Assembly: GCA_964531455.1 (NCBI GenBank)
Contig: CAZHFZ010000011.1
Coordinates: 14,213 to 78,212, forward strand
Reading direction: 5' to 3'
DNA from: an uncultured Bordetella sp.
GTDB lineage: Bacteria > Pseudomonadota > Gammaproteobacteria > Burkholderiales > SG8-41
Length of the DNA: 64,000 nucleotides
Position numbers and translations under genes: made by a program. Below are positions 18,289 to 28,780 of the stretch, piece after piece (positions within the stretch are counted from its first letter, which is position 1; the number at the start of each line of letters is the position of its first letter). The notes below the pieces were generated by a model that worked only from the letters and a program-made list of their open reading frames with translations, was not told the DNA's origin and searched no databases.

Positions 18289-19644
18289 CTATTCTGCGCG
18301 GGTCAACTTGGCAAGGCGCTCTTCGAGGTAATGAATGCTTGTGCCGCCACGGCGAAATGCGGTGTCGCTCATCAACTCCTGGTGCAGCGGCAAATTGGTC
18401 TTGATACCTTCGATGACCATTTCCGAAAGAGCAATGTGCATTTTCGCAATGGCTTGCTCGCGGGTGTCCCCGTATGTGATGATTTTGCCGAGCAATGAAT
18501 CGTAATTCGGCGGCACGAAATAACCGCTGTAAGCGTGCGAGTCCACACGAACGCCGGGGCCGCCGGGCATGTGCAGCGAGGTAATACGTCCAGGCGACGG
18601 CGTAAACTTGTATGGATCCTCGGCATTGATGCGACATTCGATCGCATGCCCTTTGGTAACCACGTCTTTCTGGCGAATCATCATTTTTTCGCCGGCAGCG
18701 ATACGAATCTGCCACTGCACGAGGTCCAGCCCGGTCACGCATTCGGTAACCGGATGCTCGACCTGCAAACGTGTGTTCATTTCAATAAAAAAGTACTCGC
18801 CGCCCTCATACAGGAACTCGAAAGTTCCGGCACCCTGGTAACCAATCCTGCGGCAGGCTTCAGCGCACCGTTCGCCGATCTTGGCGCGAGCGCGGGCATC
18901 CAGTAGCGGGGCTGGCGCCTCTTCAATGATTTTCTGGTGACGGCGCTGCATCGAGCAATCGCGATCACCGAGAAAGACCGCATTCTTGTGTTTGTCTGCC
19001 AGCACCTGAATCTCGATGTGCCGTGGCTTTTCGAGATACTTCTCCATGTAAACCGACGGATTGCCGAACGCAGCGTGCGCTTCTGCACGCGTGGTGTTAA
19101 CCGCATGGATCAGCGCGGCCTCGGTATGCACAACGCGCATGCCGCGTCCGCCACCGCCGCCCGCCGCCTTGATGATCACTGGATATCGGATCTGCCGCGC
19201 AATCTTGACGATTTCCTTGGGATCTTCGGGCAAAGCCCCTTCCATCCCGGGCACCACGGGCACACCTGCCTTTTTCATCGCATTTTTCGCACTGACCTTG
19301 TCGCCCATCAGGCGTATGGTCTCGGCCTTGGGCCCGATGAAGGTAAATCCACTCTGCTCGACACGCTCGGCGAAATCAGCGTTTTCAGACAGAAAACCAT
19401 AACCGGGGTGAATCGCCTGGGCATCCGTGACCTCGGCTGCGCTGATGATTGCCGGCACATTAAGGTAGCTGCCGCTGGATGGCGCCGGTCCGATGCAGAC
19501 CGACTCGTCCGCCAGCCGCACATATTTGGCCTCGGCATCCGCCTCGGAATGCACGACAACGGTCTTGATGCCCATTTCACGGCATGCCCGCTGGATACGC
19601 AGGGCGATTTCGCCACGATTGGCTATGAGAATTTTGTCGAACAT
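18289..19644 (-). CDS. accC: acetyl-CoA carboxylase biotin carboxylase subunit
   Basis: '[21 protein letters not shown]' and an ATP-grasp core '[10 protein letters not shown]'. 451 aa. Confidence 0.97.
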   Translation of the reverse strand: MFDKILIANRGEIALRIQRACREMGIKTVVVHSEADAEAKYVRLADESVCIGPAPSSGSYLNVPAIISAAEVTDAQAIHPGYGFLSENADFAERVEQSGFTFIGPKAETIRLMGDKVSAKNAMKKAGVPVVPGMEGALPEDPKEIVKIARQIRYPVIIKAAGGGGGRGMRVVHTEAALIHAVNTTRAEAHAAFGNPSVYMEKYLEKPRHIEIQVLADKHKNAVFLGDRDCSMQRRHQKIIEEAPAPLLDARARAKIGERCAEACRRIGYQGAGTFEFLYEGGEYFFIEMNTRLQVEHPVTECVTGLDLVQWQIRIAAGEKMMIRQKDVVTKGHAIECRINAEDPYKFTPSPGRITSLHMPGGPGVRVDSHAYSGYFVPPNYDSLLGKIITYGDTREQAIAKMHIALSEMVIEGIKTNLPLHQELMSDTAFRRGGTSIHYLEERLAKLTRAE

Positions 19645-19731
19645 GGATTCAGGTTATCCCCGGCGGCGCAATCATCCGGAAGTTATCTGCAACTGGCGGT
19701 TCCGAACTAACTGAAACAGGTTTTAAAAGGA

Positions 19732-20190
19732 TCAGCCGATGATGAACAACGGCTGACCGTACTCGACTGGCTGGCCGTTTTCGACCAGGATGGCCTTGAT
19801 CACGCCATCGGCATCCGCCTCGATTTCATTCAGCAGCTTCATCGCCTCGATGATGCATATGGTTTCACCGCTTTTTATCGACGACCCGATTTCGACAAAA
19901 GGCTTTGATCCCGGGGCCGACGATCGGTAAAACGTGCCGACCATGGGCGATTTCACTGTATGCCCCTCGGGTTCCGCAGGGGCAGGATCAGCCGCTTCCG
20001 AGGCAGGCTCTACTGCATCCACTGCCGGCAAGTGCACCATCTGCTGCGGCGCTTGCGACATCATCATCGGCGCTGCAGTACCGCCAAAACGGCTGATGCG
20101 CACCTTTTCCTCGCCCTCGGTGATTTCCAGTTCGGCGATATCGGACTGCTGCACCAGATCAATCAATGTTTTCAGTTTTCGTAAATCCAT
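19732..20190 (-). CDS. accB: acetyl-CoA carboxylase biotin carboxyl carrier protein
   Basis: Biotinylation motif 'IEAMKLLNEIE' and an Ala/Pro-rich linker. 152 aa. Confidence 0.95.
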   Translation of the reverse strand: MDLRKLKTLIDLVQQSDIAELEITEGEEKVRISRFGGTAAPMMMSQAPQQMVHLPAVDAVEPASEAADPAPAEPEGHTVKSPMVGTFYRSSAPGSKPFVEIGSSIKSGETICIIEAMKLLNEIEADADGVIKAILVENGQPVEYGQPLFIIG

Positions 20191-20192
20191 GA

Positions 20193-20648
20193 CTACCCCT
20201 TCTTCTTGGTATGGCCCAAGGCGTAATCAAACGCCAGTTCATAACCGGCAGGGCCCAGGCCACTGATCACACCAACCGCGATATCCGAAAAATAGGATTC
20301 GCGGCGGAACGATTCCCGGGCAAACACATTGGACAAATGAATCTCGACAAACGGGATGGCCACCGCCGCCAGCGCATCCCTCAATGCCACGCTGGTGTGT
20401 GTAAATGCCGCCGGATTGATCAGAATAAAATCGGTGCCGTCCCGACCAGCCTGCTGCACGCGGTCGACAAGATCGGCTTCTGAGTTACTCTGGAACACCC
20501 CCAGCGCAACCCCTGCGTTACGGGCTCGATCCTGCAAACGGCTTTCGATTTCAGGGAGTGTGGTTGCCCCATAAATCCCGGGTTCACGGGTACCGAGCAA
20601 ATTCAGATTCGGTCCGTTCAACAGCAGTAATTGTTTGGGATTGGTCAT
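20193..20648 (-). CDS. aroQ: type II 3-dehydroquinate dehydratase
   Basis: '[20 protein letters not shown]' and '[16 protein letters not shown]'. 151 aa. Confidence 0.95.
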   Translation of the reverse strand: MTNPKQLLLLNGPNLNLLGTREPGIYGATTLPEIESRLQDRARNAGVALGVFQSNSEADLVDRVQQAGRDGTDFILINPAAFTHTSVALRDALAAVAIPFVEIHLSNVFARESFRRESYFSDIAVGVISGLGPAGYELAFDYALGHTKKKG

Positions 20649-21058
20649 GGCACTCCCGATTATAATTGCCGGATGTTTTGTTTTGCGGCAGCTATCCTTC
20701 CTGCTCGCCCAGCAAATTCCCGCAAAACCCCTGCAAAATCAACAGCGCCGATTTTGACAGAAATTAACCGAAATTGTCTACAAATACCGCTTAAATAGGG
20801 GCGATTGGCGAGCCTCTTCCATCGATCCCGAAATCAGCTTTAATTGCCTGCCGGCAAACCTATCGATAACCGCTATATTCAGAACCCGCTCGAAGCCCTT
20901 GATTTGCCCTCAGATTTGAGGTCCGCCTTGATAACGACAAATTGTCAGAAGTTAAGTCGATTTAGGAGCTGGATAGGCGATAAACCCGCTATGACAAAAC
21001 CCGTCAGCCGGATTTTTGAGGCCAGCAGAGCACTTTTGAGGTCTGTTTTGGAGGCGAA

Positions 21059-21595
21059 TTAAAGCAACGGCTGCAGCGCTCCGCGCATCCGTTCTTCCGA
21101 AATACCGCCGACGAGGCTGGCAGCAATCTTCCCCGCCGGATTCAGTATCAGCGTATAGGGCAAAACCCCCGCCTTATTACCCGCCTGGCGCGACAATTCG
21201 ATCGCGTCCATGCCGCCCATCAGCAGCGGGTAATTGATATTGAACTCCTTGGCAAATTCCCGGACTTTATCGACCTGATCAACGGCAATGCCTACAAATT
21301 GAACATTTTTACCGACATATTCCTGCTGAAGCCGGACAAACATCGGGATTTCCTCCCTGCACGGCTCACACCAGGTTGCCCAATAATTAACCACCAGGAT
21401 GCGGCCGCTGAAGCCGCTGAGGGTCTGGGGTGTTCCGTCGAGGGTGGTAAGTCTCCCGTCAAGAATGGCGCGGCCAATATCTGCCGGCGCACCACCGCCC
21501 AAACCGCCAAGCCGGTAAAGGTGGGTGGCATATCCTGCGGCGGCAGCCACACCGCCAACCGCTGCAATCAGCAGCGTTCGCCGGATCGGGGTCAC
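21059..21595 (-). CDS. TlpA family thiol:disulfide oxidoreductase (thioredoxin fold)
   Basis: Active site 'WATWCEPC' and an N-terminal signal/anchor. It overlaps the dsbD stop by 4 nt. Confidence 0.85.
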   Translation of the reverse strand: MTPIRRTLLIAAVGGVAAAAGYATHLYRLGGLGGGAPADIGRAILDGRLTTLDGTPQTLSGFSGRILVVNYWATWCEPCREEIPMFVRLQQEYVGKNVQFVGIAVDQVDKVREFAKEFNINYPLLMGGMDAIELSRQAGNKAGVLPYTLILNPAGKIAASLVGGISEERMRGALQPLL

Positions 21596-23355
21596 CGCAG
21601 ACCCAGCGCCTGATCAAGAACCGCAGTGAATTTATCCGCCGACATGAACCCGATCACACGCAAACCCTGAATTTCACTTCCCGCAGGATCAAAAAATACG
21701 ATCCCGGGCGGGCCGAACAGCCGGAAACGTTTGAGCAGCGCCTGATGGTCTGCGTTGCCGCTCGTCACGTCAGCCTGCACCTTGACCATAGCGGCCATAC
21801 GCGACCGCACCGCCGGATCAGTAAAGGTGTAGCGCTCCATTTCCTTGCAACTGACACACCAGTCGGCATAAAAATCGAGCATGACCACCTTACCCTTGGC
21901 CGCCGCGATGGCCGCATCGAGTTCGGCAATGTTGCCGACGCGCTGGAAAGCAACGCCAGGCCCCGCAGGCTCGCCGGCTGCCGCACCTCGCAGGCCGGAA
22001 AGCGGCTGCAGGACATCACGGCTTCCCGACAAAGCGCCGACGACATAAGCGAGGCCTGCCGCTAAAGCAATGATGCCCACCCCCTTGCTGATCCGCGCGC
22101 CGCCTCGGGCATTCTGCGGCAGTGGATCAATCGCACGAAGATAAACACCCGTCAGGATCAGCAATGCCGCCCAGGCCAGCATCTGCATCGCCATGGGAAT
22201 GACCGGTGACACCAGATATACGGCTACCGCCAGCAACAGCACCCCGAAGAAGCGCTTCACGCTTTCCATCCATGGACCCGCCTTGGGCACCAACGCGCCC
22301 GCAGACGCGCCGATCGCCAGTAATGGAACGCCCATACCCAGCGCCATCGCAAACAATGCGCTGCCGCCAAGCACGGCATCACCGCTTTGCGAGATGTACA
22401 GCAGGGCCCCGGCCAGAGGCGCAGCGACGCAAGGCCCGACTATCAGCGCAGACAATACCCCCATCACAAACACGCCGAGAAAATGGCCGCCGTGCAGACG
22501 ACTGCTCGCCCCGGCCAGCCGTGACTGCAATGCGCTCGGCAGTTGCAGTTCATAAAAGCCGAACATCGACAGCGCCAGCATGACGAACATCAGCGCAAAT
22601 CCGCCCAGCACCCAGGGATTCTGCAAAGCCGCAGACAGCAAAGCCCCGGACAGTCCGGCCGCAATACCCGCAAGCGCATAAGTGATAGCCATGCCAAGAA
22701 CATACGCAACCGACAGCAGAAACCCGTGCATGCGGGTCAGGTGCTGTCCACGGCCAACGATAATGCCCGACAGAATCGGAATCATGGGCAACACGCAAGG
22801 GGTAAACGACAGCAGCAAACCAAATCCGAAGAAGCTTGCAATCAGCAACCAGGTGTCGCCGCGGAACAGTTCCGCAATCAACGCATCTTCACCCAGACTG
22901 CCAGCCGCAGCTTTCGTCGAGGATCCGCTGAAATCAGCGAGGCGCAGGTCCGCCTTCTGCTCTACCGGCACGTAACAGACACCGACATCGGCGCACCCCT
23001 GGGAAACCGCGGTCAGTGACACGCGCTCACCTGCACCGCCGCGATTCAGCGGCAGCGTGATGCGCACTTCATCGCGAAAAACCGCCACTTCCCCGAAGAA
23101 TTCGTCCTTCTTGATAATGCCGGGCGGCAACAGCGGTTCGCCCCCTGCTGCGGCAGCAGGCTCCAGCGTGAACCGGAACTTGTCACGATACATGTAGTAA
23201 CCTTTTGCGATCACATAACGAACTTCGATCGCATCGGGCGCCACCACGCGGGCACTGAAGGCAAAAGCCTTCTCCGGCTCAAGCAATTCGGGTTCGGCCG
23301 CGTGTGCCAATCCGCTGCATACCAGCATCAGCACGAATAACCAGCGAGAAATCAT
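21592..23355 (-). CDS. dsbD: thiol:disulfide interchange protein DsbD
   Basis: 587 aa. Signal peptide, a periplasmic N-domain ('GCADVGVCY'), a polytopic core ('FTPCVLPMIPILSG') and a C-terminal thioredoxin domain 'WCVSCKEME'. Confidence 0.93.
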   Translation of the reverse strand: MISRWLFVLMLVCSGLAHAAEPELLEPEKAFAFSARVVAPDAIEVRYVIAKGYYMYRDKFRFTLEPAAAAGGEPLLPPGIIKKDEFFGEVAVFRDEVRITLPLNRGGAGERVSLTAVSQGCADVGVCYVPVEQKADLRLADFSGSSTKAAAGSLGEDALIAELFRGDTWLLIASFFGFGLLLSFTPCVLPMIPILSGIIVGRGQHLTRMHGFLLSVAYVLGMAITYALAGIAAGLSGALLSAALQNPWVLGGFALMFVMLALSMFGFYELQLPSALQSRLAGASSRLHGGHFLGVFVMGVLSALIVGPCVAAPLAGALLYISQSGDAVLGGSALFAMALGMGVPLLAIGASAGALVPKAGPWMESVKRFFGVLLLAVAVYLVSPVIPMAMQMLAWAALLILTGVYLRAIDPLPQNARGGARISKGVGIIALAAGLAYVVGALSGSRDVLQPLSGLRGAAAGEPAGPGVAFQRVGNIAELDAAIAAAKGKVVMLDFYADWCVSCKEMERYTFTDPAVRSRMAAMVKVQADVTSGNADHQALLKRFRLFGPPGIVFFDPAGSEIQGLRVIGFMSADKFTAVLDQALGLR

Positions 23356-23389
23356 CTGAGCGCCTGAAAAATATGGGGCGGGTTTGGAA

Positions 23390-23725
23390 TTATGCGGTGC
23401 GAGTCTCGCCCGTCACCCATTCAAGATAAGCCGGGAGGCCGTGCGTCACTGGGACCGCAACGATCTCCGGGAGTTCATACGGATGGCAAGTGAGGATGGC
23501 GGCCTCCAGCTCGGAATAACGACGCGAGGATGTCTTGATCATTACCGGCACCTCCGTGGCTTCCTCTGTCGCCCCCTGCCAGCGGTAAGTGGAAGCACAA
23601 GGGGCCAGCACATTGACACAGGCCGCCAGCCCGGATTCAACCAGATGCCGCGCGAGCTGCCGTGCAGAAGGTTCATCCGGCAAAGAGCACATCACCAACA
23701 GCACCTGGCCAGCATCACCGGACAT
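23390..23725 (-). CDS. cutA: divalent-cation tolerance protein CutA
   Basis: 111 aa CutA1 family ('AACVNVL...STYRWQG'). The cutA-dsbD adjacency is conserved. Confidence 0.88.
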   Translation of the reverse strand: MSGDAGQVLLVMCSLPDEPSARQLARHLVESGLAACVNVLAPCASTYRWQGATEEATEVPVMIKTSSRRYSELEAAILTCHPYELPEIVAVPVTHGLPAYLEWVTGETRTA

Positions 23726-24608
23726 GCCGCTGCTCCATCATTGGCGCAGCAGCTGCAATGCCCTCACGCACAGTCGGGTAACGCAGCCGTACCCGCAGCT
23801 CCTGCTTGACGCGATGGTTGGTCAGCCTGCGCGATTCGCTCATGAATGAGTACAGCATTTCAGGCAGCACGGCACGCGCTTCGGCGCGCCCCACACGAGG
23901 AGGACGCGGCAAACAGAAACGGTCGGCGACAAGATCGAAATAATCACCCATTTTCTGCGGAGCATCGTCGCTGGCGTTGTAGCTGCGATTCGCCTGACCC
24001 CGATGCAATGCGGCAACCACCATGCGCGCCAGATCGTCGGCATGCACATGGTTCACATAGGAATCATCCTGCGGCAACAGCGCCGGGGTGCCGCGTTCAA
24101 TGCGCGCGACAGGCAGGCGGTCGGCCGCATATATACCGGGAACGCGAAGGATACTCACGCACACCCCCGTCCGCGCACCCCACTCGCGCAAGCGCCGTTC
24201 TGCATCAGTGCGGCGGCGTGCACGGTCGGTCCGCGGCCGCAGCGGACTGGTCTCATTGACCAGTGCGCCGCTGCAGTCGCCATACACGCCGCTGGTGCTT
24301 ATATAGACAAAGTGCTGTGGTAGACTTCGGCCCCGTCCAAGTGCAGCAATCAGGTGTGCGGTGCGGGTGTCGGCGATACCAACGGCCGGCGGTGGCGCGA
24401 GATGGATGACGTCATGCGCAATGCCTGCCAGTCCGTCCAGCGTCGCCGGACGGTCCAGATCCCCGGTCAATGGCATCAGACCGAGGTCGCGCAACGCGGC
24501 GCAACGCCCGGCGTCACGGGTCAACGCATAGATGCGGTGACGCGTACGCAGCAGCATCGCGACGCGCAATCCGACGTCACCACAACCGATGATCAGCAGG
24601 CGTTTCAT
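23715..24608 (-). CDS. NAD(P)-binding SDR/epimerase family protein
   Basis: Start trimmed to MKRLLIIGCGDVGLRV (Rossmann GxGxxG). 297 aa. Confidence 0.75.
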   Translation of the reverse strand: MKRLLIIGCGDVGLRVAMLLRTRHRIYALTRDAGRCAALRDLGLMPLTGDLDRPATLDGLAGIAHDVIHLAPPPAVGIADTRTAHLIAALGRGRSLPQHFVYISTSGVYGDCSGALVNETSPLRPRTDRARRRTDAERRLREWGARTGVCVSILRVPGIYAADRLPVARIERGTPALLPQDDSYVNHVHADDLARMVVAALHRGQANRSYNASDDAPQKMGDYFDLVADRFCLPRPPRVGRAEARAVLPEMLYSFMSESRRLTNHRVKQELRVRLRYPTVREGIAAAAPMMEQRHVR

Positions 24609-24660
24609 ATAGTGTCTTATTCTAGCGCAGTCACTTCGCACTGAACCCCGGAAAACCCCA

Positions 24661-25680
24661 ATGCCCCGGCAGATCACGATCCGTCCCAGCGGCCATGCCC
24701 TGATCGCACAGGATGGCGAAACCGTACTCGAAGCCGCATTACGCGAGGGTTTTATGCTGCCCTACGGCTGCCGCAATGGAGCCTGCGGCTCGTGCAAGGG
24801 CAAAATCCTTGAAGGCAGCGTAGACCATGGCAAGTCGCTCGACAGTGTGCTGCCTGCTGCGGAACGCGCGCTGGGAGCAGCACTGTTCTGTCAGGCCCTG
24901 CCGCAGTCGGACCTGGTCATTGAATGCCGCGAAATCGGTGCGGTCAAGGATATTCCGGTGAAGATGCTGCCGTGCCGGGTGCAAACACTGGAACTGGTAG
25001 CAACTGATGTCATGCGCATCCGGCTTAAATTACCGGCTGCGGAGCGGTTGCAGTTTCTCGCCGGTCAATACATCGACATCCTGCTCAAAGACGGCACTCG
25101 ACGCAGCCTGTCGATGGCCAACCCGCCACACGACGATGGTTTGCTGGAACTGCATCTGCGTAACTATGGCGGGCCATTCAGCACACACGTATTCACGCGG
25201 ATGAAGGAAAAGGACATCCTCCGCTTCGAAGGACCGTACGGAAGCTTCTACCTGCGGGAAGACAGCACAAAACCGGTGGTACTGGTTGCTGGCGGCACCG
25301 GCTTCGCACCGATCAAGGCGATCATCGAACATGCCATCCACAAAAAGCTCAGGCGACCGATGATCCTGTATCGCGGCGCACGACGTACCGCCGACCTTTA
25401 TCTCGACGAACTGCCGCAAAGCTGGCAACGCGAACACGAAATCCGCTACGTCCCGGTATTGTCTGACGTCGCCACCGGCGAAACATGGGACGGGAGGCGC
25501 GGCCTCGTCCATCAGGCGGTGATGGATGATCTGCCGGATCTTTCCAGTCATGAGGTTTATGCCTGCGGTGCGCCGGCGATGATTGAGGCTGCGCGTCGCG
25601 ATTTCTGCGTGCGCTGCGGCTTGCCGGAGTCCGCGTTCCATGCAGACTCATTTACGCCAGCGGTTGCGCCGGACAGTTAA
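24661..25680 (+). CDS. 2Fe-2S ferredoxin / FNR-family NAD(P)H oxidoreductase (CDP-6-deoxy-delta-3,4-glucoseen reductase-like)
   Basis: Plant-type 2Fe-2S cluster motif 'CRNGACGSCKGK...C', FAD site 'RSLSMAN' and NAD site 'LVAGGTGFAP'. Confidence 0.82.
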   Translation: MPRQITIRPSGHALIAQDGETVLEAALREGFMLPYGCRNGACGSCKGKILEGSVDHGKSLDSVLPAAERALGAALFCQALPQSDLVIECREIGAVKDIPVKMLPCRVQTLELVATDVMRIRLKLPAAERLQFLAGQYIDILLKDGTRRSLSMANPPHDDGLLELHLRNYGGPFSTHVFTRMKEKDILRFEGPYGSFYLREDSTKPVVLVAGGTGFAPIKAIIEHAIHKKLRRPMILYRGARRTADLYLDELPQSWQREHEIRYVPVLSDVATGETWDGRRGLVHQAVMDDLPDLSSHEVYACGAPAMIEAARRDFCVRCGLPESAFHADSFTPAVAPDS

Positions 25681-25683
25681 AAC

Positions 25684-26892
25684 TCAGACCAGTTTGCGCC
25701 GGCGACCGCCGCCGGCCTGCTTGAGTTGCCCGACCGCAAGCGCAAGGCTGGCGCGGTAATGCGTTCGCGCATCATCGGCGCGCTCGAGGCGGTCATGCAA
25801 TTGCGCGAGTTCAAGATGGGCTGAATAAGTCGGCTCGACGGCAACGCTCGCTTCAAAATAACTCTGCGCCTTGCCCCACAACTGCTGCTGCGCGCACAAA
25901 CGCCCCAGCGCCAGCAACAGCGCACCGTCCTTGCGATGTTCACGCAGCCAGCGCTCGGCACACTCGATCTGTCGCAACGCATTGCCAGAACGGCACTCGC
26001 CATAAAGGGTGACAAGCCCGCTGTCCCAATCGGTCTCAAGACTGCTTTCAATGATGCCTGTGGCCTCGTCACAAAGACCCATCTCATGGAACGCCGCAGC
26101 GGCCGCGATGGCAATCGATGTCTCACGGCGGTAACGTTCGGGCAGGCGTTTCCAGAGGTCCTTCAACCCCGCAGCATCGCCGGAACGGCGTTCCAGCAAT
26201 TGCCGCCACGCATGGCGTCTTTCTGCATCCGCCTGGTCAGCGCTGAACACGCCGCGCTTTTCGAGCTGGTCGATCAGCGGCGGCGCCAGATCCCACTGGC
26301 CAATGCGTTGCCGGGCACGCAACTCAAGGCGCAGCGCCGCGGTATGTTTGGACGGCAACAGCGCCAGCGCCGCCAGAGCCTCTTCCGGCCGGCGGTCGTC
26401 AAGAAGCATCTGCGCGCGGCTGACCGCCCTGACGATATCCGATTTGTCCGGGTCCGCAGCAAGCCGATCAAGATATCCATCACGCCGATCCTGCGCCCGC
26501 AGGCCGTGTGCTGCATGGGCAGCGACCACGACGCCAACATCCTCGGGGGCGCCCAGTTCAACTGCGCGCATCGCCGACTTTTCGGCGCGCGAGTACCGTC
26601 CGGAAAAAAATTCGCGCAGGGCTTCGGTCATTTTCTGCTGGGCAGCATCACGTCGACGCACCTCGCGAAAGTGCGCAACCCGCGATGGCAATCCGATGGT
26701 CGTGAACAGCAGGCGCAACAGCAGATATGTCGCAATGAATCCCAGCACCAACAGTATTACCGCAAAATTGAGCGACAGTTCGATGCGCTGGCCGGGCATC
26801 GCAATCAACACATAACCCGGATTGATATCAGCGATCAGCGTCAGGCCCGTAGCCAGGGCAGCAAGTCCGAGTATCCAGATCAGCCAGCGCAT
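25684..26892 (-). CDS. hemY: haem biosynthesis-associated protein HemY (TPR membrane protein)
   Basis: Two N-terminal TM segments followed by TPR-like repeats. It is the last gene of a hemCDXY row. Confidence 0.82.
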   Translation of the reverse strand: MRWLIWILGLAALATGLTLIADINPGYVLIAMPGQRIELSLNFAVILLVLGFIATYLLLRLLFTTIGLPSRVAHFREVRRRDAAQQKMTEALREFFSGRYSRAEKSAMRAVELGAPEDVGVVVAAHAAHGLRAQDRRDGYLDRLAADPDKSDIVRAVSRAQMLLDDRRPEEALAALALLPSKHTAALRLELRARQRIGQWDLAPPLIDQLEKRGVFSADQADAERRHAWRQLLERRSGDAAGLKDLWKRLPERYRRETSIAIAAAAAFHEMGLCDEATGIIESSLETDWDSGLVTLYGECRSGNALRQIECAERWLREHRKDGALLLALGRLCAQQQLWGKAQSYFEASVAVEPTYSAHLELAQLHDRLERADDARTHYRASLALAVGQLKQAGGGRRRKLV

Positions 26893-26902
26893 TGCCGTCC
26901 GC

Positions 26903-27970
26903 TCAGTTCAGCGGCTTGCCGCGCGGCAGGCGCAGCTTGCGCAGCGCCTCCAGCGTTTCCGCGAGATCCGGAATATCGACCTGCAGCTGTGCCGCCTGCA
27001 GCTTGCTCAATGTGCCGGTCATGGCAACCACAGCCGGACTGCCCTTTTCAAAATGGGTTTCCAGCATGCCGAGCGCGGCCCGCAAATCGACCTGATAACT
27101 TTTGGTGTCCCGCGACAGCAACGCCACCCGTGCCCCTACCAGCCGCAGTTTGAGATTCTCGCGCAGGAAAAACGCCTGTTCAGGCGCCAGAAGCGCGGCG
27201 TCCTGCACGCCACTGCGCTGGATGCGCACCAGCTGCCGCAGCTCGTACCAGATTTCCCGCAGCACCTGCTCCCATGCCGAAACGACAGCAGGCGGCATCG
27301 GGGCGGCTTTGTCCGTCCGGGCACGCGCATCCATCGCCAGCGGCAGGCGGTCAACTGCGGCAATCACGTCATCCAGCCGGGCGCTTGCGCCATAAACATC
27401 AACCAGCGGCAACCCCTTGAGTCGTTCAATATCACGCGCCAATGCACGGCGCAGTCCCGCGTAACGCGGCTGGTCCATGCGCTGCAGGCGCGCCTCCGCG
27501 TTTTCGAGTCCGATTAAAGCGGCCCGCACGTTTGCCGCAACCTGCAACTGCTGGCTGGCCAGCAGTACCGACTGCTCAATGTCGGCAAACGCCCATTCAT
27601 CGCGATTCCGCGAAAGCTCCTGATACAAAGTCTCCAGGGCGATCTGCTGGCTTTGCGACTCGGCCAGCTTGGCTTCAAGTACGCCGAGTTTGACTTCCGC
27701 TTCCCGCAGCGCGGTCGCGGCCTGCGCGGCGCGCCCTGAGGCCTCCTTGTTCTGCACTTCCATTTCGGCAAGCCGGCGCGCGAGCTCACGGCGCAACGCG
27801 TCGTCCTCTCCGCGATTGCGATACCACTGGTAGCCGGAAAACAGCGCCACCACCACCGCCACGATCAACGCGAGCAGTGGCAGGCGGTTGCCGGCCGGCG
27901 ATGACGTCAACGCGGGCTCGGCCACTGCGGCCGCAGTGGCAGTCGGCGCCTGATGTTCACTTTCACTCAT
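26903..27970 (-). CDS. hemX: HemX family membrane protein (often annotated as uroporphyrinogen-III C-methyltransferase)
   Basis: One TM segment ('LLALIVAVVVALFSG') and a long coiled-coil region. It lies between hemD and hemY. The alternative start is at 28003. Confidence 0.78.
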   Translation of the reverse strand: MSESEHQAPTATAAAVAEPALTSSPAGNRLPLLALIVAVVVALFSGYQWYRNRGEDDALRRELARRLAEMEVQNKEASGRAAQAATALREAEVKLGVLEAKLAESQSQQIALETLYQELSRNRDEWAFADIEQSVLLASQQLQVAANVRAALIGLENAEARLQRMDQPRYAGLRRALARDIERLKGLPLVDVYGASARLDDVIAAVDRLPLAMDARARTDKAAPMPPAVVSAWEQVLREIWYELRQLVRIQRSGVQDAALLAPEQAFFLRENLKLRLVGARVALLSRDTKSYQVDLRAALGMLETHFEKGSPAVVAMTGTLSKLQAAQLQVDIPDLAETLEALRKLRLPRGKPLN

Positions 27971-28003
27971 GATTTGGAGGATAGCATGCGCATTGCAGTG
28001 CAA

Positions 28004-28780
28004 TTACACCGCGAAGTAGCGTTGCAACGCGTCCATCAACCCGTCATCACCAGGTCTGGTATCGATAACATGACTGCAACCGAGTTCGCGTGCAACAGCA
28101 GCGATGCGCGGGTGCGGTGCAAATACCGGGGTGCCACACAGAGCAGCCCGACCGGATTCACCGACCATTTCATACAAGTTGCGCATGCCCTCGCTGCTGG
28201 TGATCGTAACGGCATGCAATGCCTTGGCATCCCATGCCGCATGCAGCGGCGTCGCAGCGACCTGCGGTCGGGCACGTCGATAACACTCGACATAATCCAC
28301 TTTAGCCCCGCGAGCACCCAGCGTCTCACCCAACAGTTCGCGTCCGCCATCTCCGCGAAAAATCACAATGCGCCAGCCTGCCACTTCCTGCAACCCGGGG
28401 AGTTCCAGAAGATGTTCACTGTCAAAGTTGCGCTCCGGCGCGATGGCTCCGGCAATGCCAAAACGTTCAAGCTCCCTGACACAACCCTTGCCGATCGCGG
28501 CAACACGCAGCTGCGCCGGCCAGGCGCGGCGCTCGACAAGCGGTTTCATCACACGCACCACGGCATTGGGGCTGATAAATACTGCAAGCTGATATTCGTC
28601 CAGACGGGCAATGGCCTCGTCCAATGGCCGGCGATCAGCGGTATCGACAATTTCCAGCACCGGAAACAGGATTGCATTGCCGCCGGCGGCCCGTATCCGC
28701 TCGGCTAGCGGCCCCGCCTGCTGAGCCGGGCGCGTCACGACGATGCCGCGACCCGCAAGCGGCGCCGCGCGGGCAGTCAT
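28004..28780 (-). CDS. hemD: uroporphyrinogen-III synthase
   Basis: 258-aa HEM4 family member positioned between hemC and hemX. It overlaps the hemC stop by 4 nt. Confidence 0.85.
   Translation of the reverse strand: MTARAAPLAGRGIVVTRPAQQAGPLAERIRAAGGNAILFPVLEIVDTADRRPLDEAIARLDEYQLAVFISPNAVVRVMKPLVERRAWPAQLRVAAIGKGCVRELERFGIAGAIAPERNFDSEHLLELPGLQEVAGWRIVIFRGDGGRELLGETLGARGAKVDYVECYRRARPQVAATPLHAAWDAKALHAVTITSSEGMRNLYEMVGESGRAALCGTPVFAPHPRIAAVARELGCSHVIDTRPGDDGLMDALQRYFAV

Noticed and set aside
20915-21054. TTTGAGG repeats considered as a possible mini-CRISPR or tandem repeat array.
   Set aside because: The repeat units are only 7-9 nt, the spacing is irregular (100, 20 and 11 nt), and there are no cas genes. 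This is not a CRISPR array.
20844-21062. 72-aa ORF inside the long tlpA-aroQ spacer as a possible small protein.
   Set aside because: It has a non-ATG start, rare AGG/TTG codon usage, repetitive LRS/FEA segments created by the TTTGAGG repeats, and no Shine-Dalgarno sequence. I treated the region as non-coding (see findings).
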